From Nitrosopumilus sp. (GTDB lineage: Archaea; Thermoproteota; Nitrososphaeria; Nitrososphaerales; Nitrosopumilaceae), in assembly GCA_965214775.1 (NCBI GenBank), contig OZ243974.1:544001-608000 (forward strand): a stretch of 64,000 bases of DNA, in the 5' to 3' direction. The notes under the pieces were generated by a model. The model worked only from the letters and a program-made list of their open reading frames with translations, did no database searches and was not told where the DNA came from. Shown here in pieces: positions 58,858 through 64,000 of this stretch (its first letter is position 1; each line of letters begins with the position of its first letter). Position numbers and translations under genes: made by a program.

Positions 58858-60726
58858 ATGACGACTGAGGCAAGCAGAACCCTGTTCGGCGAGCAGATCA
58901 AGGACATCTGCGATCAGATGGGGGTGGAAAAGTCCGACGCCTTTCCAAGGTGGATATGCCAGAACATTCTGGGAATCACCGGCGAGGCAAACATAGACGA
59001 GGCAGTGTCAATCGGGGGCAAAAACGACTACGGCGTAGACATATTCTACGCAGACGAGACGGGCGACATCACAGAGCAGTACGTGTGCTGGATCCAGGCA
59101 AAGTTCGGCGAGGATCTGGATCGGACCGCCAAGCGGGAGGATCTGGAGTCCTTTGCAAGCACGCTGGGCCACCTGAGGGACTGCCCCGACTCTGCCAACC
59201 AGACCTTCAAGCAAAAGTCGGCAGAGTTCATCAGGATGGAGGCGCAGTACCCGCACATCAAAAAGAGGATGATCTTTGCGGTGACGGGCAGGCTCAACGA
59301 GCAGTCAAGGGAGATGGTCAGCAATCCGCGGTGGCTGGAAGAGAAGTTCGGTGCGGGGGGAGGACGCGACGCCAACGTCGACTTTGAGGTGCTGGATCTG
59401 GACGAGATCCTCTCGCGCATGACGATCAGGCACACGCCGACGCTGTCGGTCAAGTTTGACGGGGACGTCATAACGCGGACCGATCCGACCACCGGCAAAA
59501 AGTCGGTAATCGGGTACGTGGCAGCCGACGACCTCGTCAGGATGGCAGCAGAGCACAGGGAGACGATATTCCTTGAGAATCCCCAGCAGACGCTCGGAAA
59601 GGGCGTCCCCACCCACAAAGCAATTCTCAATACCCTTGAGGATGCCGACGGGCGAAGAAAGTTCTGGAAGCTCAACAACGGCATAACTGCCATCTGCACG
59701 GGCTTTGAGGCCGCAGATGACGGCACGTGCCGGATAGAGAACTTCAAGGTCGTAAACGGGAGGCAGACGACGTACACGCTGGAGAACCATACGGGCTCCC
59801 GCGACGGCGTGTACCTGCTGATGATAGTGCACGAGGCCGTAGATGACACCGAGCGCAACGAGATCAGCGAGGCCACGAACACGCAGAACCCGATCAAGCC
59901 CGTGGATCTGGTGACCAACTACCCGGAGATGACGGATCTGGTCCTGCAGTGCAGGAACAGCTTTTGCGACTTTTACTTTGAGAGGCAGACAAAGGGCTTC
60001 AAGTCCGCGAAAAAATCCACGCAGAACCGCGTCACGTGGCGGCGCGTGCTGGAGAAGAGCGCGGCCGCGCGGGCGTACTACGCGTACGAGATAGACCCCA
60101 ACGAGGCGATGCTGCCGGACAAGATCCTGTTTTCGGTTGCGGGCAACGGCGGCGGCGGGGGCAGCGGCCACTATGACAGGATATTCAGGAACCGGGACAT
60201 CGCAGACCTGATAATACCGCATATCTTCATGAGCATGCTTGAGGGCCTGCACAGGAGGTGGTGCGCCGAGCTGAAGGGCAGGCAGTCCGGCGAGTTATCA
60301 AGAAGCAAGGGAATCATCAGCAAGGACATCGTAAAGTACTACCTGCTGCACTTTATCTACAAGTCGATGCTGAGCATAGACGAGTCCGAGAGGCAGCGGA
60401 TCAAGGGCAGGCTGATAGGGACATTCCGCAGTCTGGGCAGAAGGGACGGGGATCCGGACGCGTTTCAGAGCATCGCCAAGTTGGCCTATGACATCTTCAT
60501 GCTGTGCTTTGACACCGAAAGGAGGGAGACGTGGCCCCCTGCACTCCTTGAGAAGATAGGCAGCGACAGGTACGAGGCAGACGAGCGCGACGTGCCAACC
60601 CCGTACGACATAATGTACATGCTCAGGCACAACGGCCCGAAGATCATACTGGACCTGCTGCGCGCAAGGGACCACCAGATAAAGCAGGTAGGCGACAACG
60701 TCAGGGCCGAGCTTCTCAAGCTTTGA
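58858..60726 (+). CDS. AIPR-family protein
   Basis: ND.GVD...QAK N-terminal nuclease-like region; F..N....LG, FWKLNNGIT, VVNGRQTT, ATNTQNPI. Confidence 0.9.
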   Translation: MTTEASRTLFGEQIKDICDQMGVEKSDAFPRWICQNILGITGEANIDEAVSIGGKNDYGVDIFYADETGDITEQYVCWIQAKFGEDLDRTAKREDLESFASTLGHLRDCPDSANQTFKQKSAEFIRMEAQYPHIKKRMIFAVTGRLNEQSREMVSNPRWLEEKFGAGGGRDANVDFEVLDLDEILSRMTIRHTPTLSVKFDGDVITRTDPTTGKKSVIGYVAADDLVRMAAEHRETIFLENPQQTLGKGVPTHKAILNTLEDADGRRKFWKLNNGITAICTGFEAADDGTCRIENFKVVNGRQTTYTLENHTGSRDGVYLLMIVHEAVDDTERNEISEATNTQNPIKPVDLVTNYPEMTDLVLQCRNSFCDFYFERQTKGFKSAKKSTQNRVTWRRVLEKSAAARAYYAYEIDPNEAMLPDKILFSVAGNGGGGGSGHYDRIFRNRDIADLIIPHIFMSMLEGLHRRWCAELKGRQSGELSRSKGIISKDIVKYYLLHFIYKSMLSIDESERQRIKGRLIGTFRSLGRRDGDPDAFQSIAKLAYDIFMLCFDTERRETWPPALLEKIGSDRYEADERDVPTPYDIMYMLRHNGPKIILDLLRARDHQIKQVGDNVRAELLKL

Positions 60727-60875
60727 GCATAGCGGTTCTACGAAATATCGCCATGATTTTTCCAAAAAACACGGCGAAGCTTGCAGTCATCCTTGCCGTT
60801 ATTTCATCAGGTTGGTTTCAACAATATGGTGTCAGCTAGGAAAAGATAAGCTAACAGAACCTTATGTCGTGACAG

Positions 60876-61082
60876 TCATACCGTGCGCCTATTCGCCTTC
60901 CTTTTCACTGCTTTCTGCGGTGCTGGCTTGTTCTCCTTCCTGCGACGGTCCCCATATGGCGGCTCTTGATGTATTACAGCGTAGCACTTGCGACACTGTA
61001 TTGTGCCCGTCTTTGCCGTTACGATTTCGTGCCCGCACCTGTGACATGAGACAAAGTGCCGCGTGGTGCCTGTTCCTGTCAT
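60876..61082 (-). CDS. Small Zn-ribbon protein
   Basis: CHRC...CRKC. Confidence 0.5.
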   Translation of the reverse strand: MTGTGTTRHFVSCHRCGHEIVTAKTGTIQCRKCYAVIHQEPPYGDRRRKENKPAPQKAVKRKANRRTV

Positions 61083-61235
61083 GCCCTTACATCCCCTTCT
61101 TACACGACGGAAATCGCGTCGAACGGACGTCGCGGTTTGTGCGGCCGCATGTCTCTATCACACAGACTGGCATATCTGCGACACTTTTCATCAGATTATA
61201 CGTTACGTAGCGCGCACAATTCTCGTATCGGGTCA

Positions 61236-61565
61236 TCATTGTGCGATCATTCCTCCTTTCCCTTCCATTGTTTTGTATTCTGCAAGGACTTTGCGCATGT
61301 CGAATTTCTCACGGGCGTAGCGTTTCGAGACTATGTCAAGTGCGATCTTGCACGGCTCATCATCTTTTCGCAGCGCGCAATAATCGCTGAAACTTTTGCG
61401 GGACGCAAAGACGGTGTCTACCATGTCCCATGCCATCTCCCATCCGTTAGCCGCTATCAGTTCCGACATTATGTAGTCGACGTGGCATTCCTCAGGCGTT
61501 ATTTTTTTCTCCACTCCTTCACGACTTTGTTTGTTATTTTTATCTTCGGTACGCAAGTACTGCAT
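61236..61565 (-). CDS. Hypothetical protein (virus/plasmid-like cluster)
   Basis: Co-oriented overlapping small ORF; start uncertain. Confidence 0.5.
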   Translation of the reverse strand: MQYLRTEDKNNKQSREGVEKKITPEECHVDYIMSELIAANGWEMAWDMVDTVFASRKSFSDYCALRKDDEPCKIALDIVSKRYAREKFDMRKVLAEYKTMEGKGGMIAQ

Positions 61566-61978
61566 ACGTCCCAGTCCTCGTTTACTGCGTGATTGTGTAT
61601 TGTTGTTGTTTTGCCGTTCTGTTCTTTACACAACCTGCACTCCCTGTGTCCGGACCATTTTTTATTGCTCCGTATTGTCTTTCTGTGTATTACTTTGCGT
61701 ATGCCCTGCGTCTTGACGTATCGCGAGTACGTTTCCTCATCATATTCTTCTGCGTCCTCTTTTGTGCTGACCGGTGTTATCGTTACACCGGCGTGTTCTA
61801 TCCGGTACTGTCCCTTCATTGCACGGGTGTATATATCGCGCATCCACTCTCTTGCGCCCGTCATGTCCGCATCCACGCTTTTCAGATATACACAGACCTT
61901 CATGTAGCCGGTTTTCATATTCTCCGTTACTACGGCGATCTTTTCCATTCTTCCGCTTTTTGTCTTTGTTGTTTTCAT
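61499..61978 (-). CDS. Hypothetical basic protein with C-terminal Zn finger
   Basis: CRLC...CSTC; start overlaps the upstream stop. Confidence 0.55.
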   Translation of the reverse strand: MKTTKTKSGRMEKIAVVTENMKTGYMKVCVYLKSVDADMTGAREWMRDIYTRAMKGQYRIEHAGVTITPVSTKEDAEEYDEETYSRYVKTQGIRKVIHRKTIRSNKKWSGHRECRLCKEQNGKTTTIHNHAVNEDWDVCSTCVPKIKITNKVVKEWRKK

Positions 61979-62274
61979 TTTACTTTTGCAGCCTCCTCAA
62001 GTTTTACGAGCTGTGCAAGACTCCTTTTCTCTTGTTCTTCATGTGTCGGCGGCGGTATCACCACAGATACAGGTTTTACGAGGTCGAGGATTGTTTCTCC
62101 GTATCTTTCGACATAATTCATTTTCCTGCCACATGCAAGGCATTCCAGTCTATACGACAGATTTACCAAATTGCATTTTCGTACGATTCTGACCTGTTCT
62201 ATTTTGCCGCAGTCAATGCAGAAATTGCAAAATGCCAGAGTAGGTTTTTCTACCGAGTTTGGCGTTTTGCTCAT
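61975..62274 (-). CDS. Small Zn-ribbon protein
   Basis: CIDCG...CLACG; TATA-like sequence ~62300. Confidence 0.55.
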   Translation of the reverse strand: MSKTPNSVEKPTLAFCNFCIDCGKIEQVRIVRKCNLVNLSYRLECLACGRKMNYVERYGETILDLVKPVSVVIPPPTHEEQEKRSLAQLVKLEEAAKVK

Positions 62275-62405
62275 GTCTTTATCTACATCGTTGTAGTATT
62301 TATATGCTGTAGCAGTTTGGACAGGAATGTTTACGTAGCAGGATAACCCCTGGTTATAATTGCATGTTAAATCAAGCTAATAAAATAAACTGAAAAACAA
62401 TTCTG

Positions 62406-62485
62406 TAGACCTTATGCGTATTTGCCAAAAATGACGCAAAAGCTGCCTGGTTTTTTTGATCTTCGTCGATTACGCATAAGGTCTA
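62406..62485. mobile_element. MITE family B
   Basis: Perfect TIR TAGACCTTATGCGTA/TACGCATAAGGTCTA. Confidence 0.88.
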
Positions 62486-62813
62486 GTGCTTAATCTTCTC
62501 AGACTGCAATACCAAAGCTGGGCGCCATTAAGGGGCACTGTCACCAGTCAAAGTATGATCTCGCAATCTCCGAATATTATGTTACATTTGAGATGATAAA
62601 GTGACGCTGTCTGAGTGCATGAGTGCATCCAATACACAGTTTGACATCATGAGATTCATTCGCAAAGGTTCACTACTCTTCATGGATTTATGATCGGCAA
62701 CATACAACACGTTAGAAAAATCACAAACCAGTAGTAATCAAGTATGGCTTTTGAATGGCTTATGAAACGATACTTAAGTACACGGCAAATTTTTGAAATA
62801 AATAAGATGATGG

Positions 62814-63998
62814 CTACATAAAAAACCTGTAATGATCTTTTTTAGTTTTATTGTCGGGCAATTCTGAAAGAATTTTGCCAACCTCGCTTGCAAATTTTAT
62901 AGTAATCGGCAAAGACGTAGAAAAAGAGGTGGTGTTCCAATTTAGTTTTGTCAGACCTAAAATCTCTCTTGCAATCTCTTGGGAGGTGGAATCACCCTCA
63001 TGATGAATTCTGAGAGGGTTGGGAATGCTATGGCCAGGATAGGTTCGTATGCGCGGTGTGTAGCCAGAAGAATATAACAAAAATTTGTCATCATCTAGAT
63101 GAATTATTGTGCCTCTTAGTGGTGGAAATTTTCCCACCCTCATGAAGTTAACTTCACTGTGATCACTCTTGACTGTCACAAAATCTTTACGATAAGTTTC
63201 ATTTCCCAAAATAGCTTCGTTAAATCCGAGTTTTTCATCTGGCAGAAACTCTGTAGTTTTGTGCACTACAACTCGACCTGGATTTTGACCTACTTTTTCT
63301 CGGTATTTGTTTATTGCACGAGATAAGAGATCTTTAGCTTGCACTTTTTTTAGATATGCCTGCTTAGTATGTTCATCAACATCAACCTCTTTCCCTCTTA
63401 GAACCAAGCCTTCACCCGTATGAGTAAAAATTTGAGCCATTGAAATTTGAATGTCTTTTGTAGGGTGTAATTTGTCTCGGAAAAATGAAACTCCCACATA
63501 GCAAGTATCTTGAGGAAGTTTGGCCAATCTCCAAGGTTTACCGTTAGCTTTGTAAAATAATGCAGTACTCAGATTCCATGCAAAAGCACATGGATCTTGC
63601 ATCACATGCTTTGAAATAGAGTCATACTTTAGCATGTGATCACATGTAGTTTCGTGCAAAATTTGAATTGGAATGTCAAATTGCATAATTTTCCCTTTCA
63701 ATGCATGCCGAAAATCAAATGATTTGTCTTGATCCTCCTCCTCATTAGATAGATTAACTCCCCATTCTGAGAGAAATCTTTGTCCAGCATCTTTCATTTT
63801 TTGTAATTTTATTTCTGCTTCAGTAGCTCTCGCCGTTTTTGCCCCTCTTGTTTTTTCTGATATGCCGCAATAAGTTTCGACAATTTTAGGAAGTGTGCAA
63901 ATTACAACGTTTGGCTTGTCATCGTTTTGGCTAATTTTTTTCATTTTTTCGGCAAAAAGATTTGCACCGTATGCAATTCTTTCATTAGGATTTGCTAA
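62814..63998 (-). CDS. ago: Prokaryotic Argonaute (MID-PIWI), catalytically inactive, probably short pAgo; 5' end outside window
   Basis: F...LK.....IPIQI..E.T, AWNLSTALFYKA.G.PWRL, CYVGVSF, VVVHK, PLRGT, EILGLTKLNWN, PITIKFA..VG.IL; frame open to the window edge. Confidence 0.92.
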   Translation of the reverse strand, partial: LANPNERIAYGANLFAEKMKKISQNDDKPNVVICTLPKIVETYCGISEKTRGAKTARATEAEIKLQKMKDAGQRFLSEWGVNLSNEEEDQDKSFDFRHALKGKIMQFDIPIQILHETTCDHMLKYDSISKHVMQDPCAFAWNLSTALFYKANGKPWRLAKLPQDTCYVGVSFFRDKLHPTKDIQISMAQIFTHTGEGLVLRGKEVDVDEHTKQAYLKKVQAKDLLSRAINKYREKVGQNPGRVVVHKTTEFLPDEKLGFNEAILGNETYRKDFVTVKSDHSEVNFMRVGKFPPLRGTIIHLDDDKFLLYSSGYTPRIRTYPGHSIPNPLRIHHEGDSTSQEIAREILGLTKLNWNTTSFSTSLPITIKFASEVGKILSELPDNKTKKDHYRFFM

Positions 63999-64000
63999 CT

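Overview
Archaeal DNA that looks like Nitrosopumilaceae (Nitrososphaerota/Thaumarchaeota). Support: an Alba gene, thaumarchaeal C-terminal sorting domains (IPAW..WIDG..EYL..LEFLV.NGII and CFI-box-CTERM) and a thaumarchaeal-type integrase. The serpin plus large S8 protease resembles sponge-symbiont lineages (inference). Only about the first 0.9 kb (alba, HEAT-repeat gene) looks like core genome. The rest is a composite genomic island, apparently tandem integrations marked by tRNA-Ala-like 3'-end remnants at ~886, 11378 and 39958. Cargo includes large secreted/surface proteins, an inverted-repeat-bounded two-component cassette, IS630, IS110 and IS6-like elements, and at least six MITE families. 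There are also many defence-type genes: two prokaryotic ubiquitin-like conjugation operons, PLD-helicase, HNH, RelE-type TA, AlbA_2, MBL+TM, AIPR and an inactive pAgo cut by the window edge. The most unusual items are: (1) a long-variable-arm tRNA with anticodon UAU and G73, between an AbrB-like gene and a SWIM-DDE transposase; (2) a triplicated module of conserved hairpin block + module-specific tandem repeat array + AbrB gene, preceded by a 36-36-36 repeat-spacer-repeat; (3) Ubl/E2/E1 operons without the usual catalytic Cys whose Ubls lack terminal Gly; (4) a poly-G frameshift separating a signal peptide from a surface cupredoxin protein. All family calls come from motif recognition by eye, not database searches.
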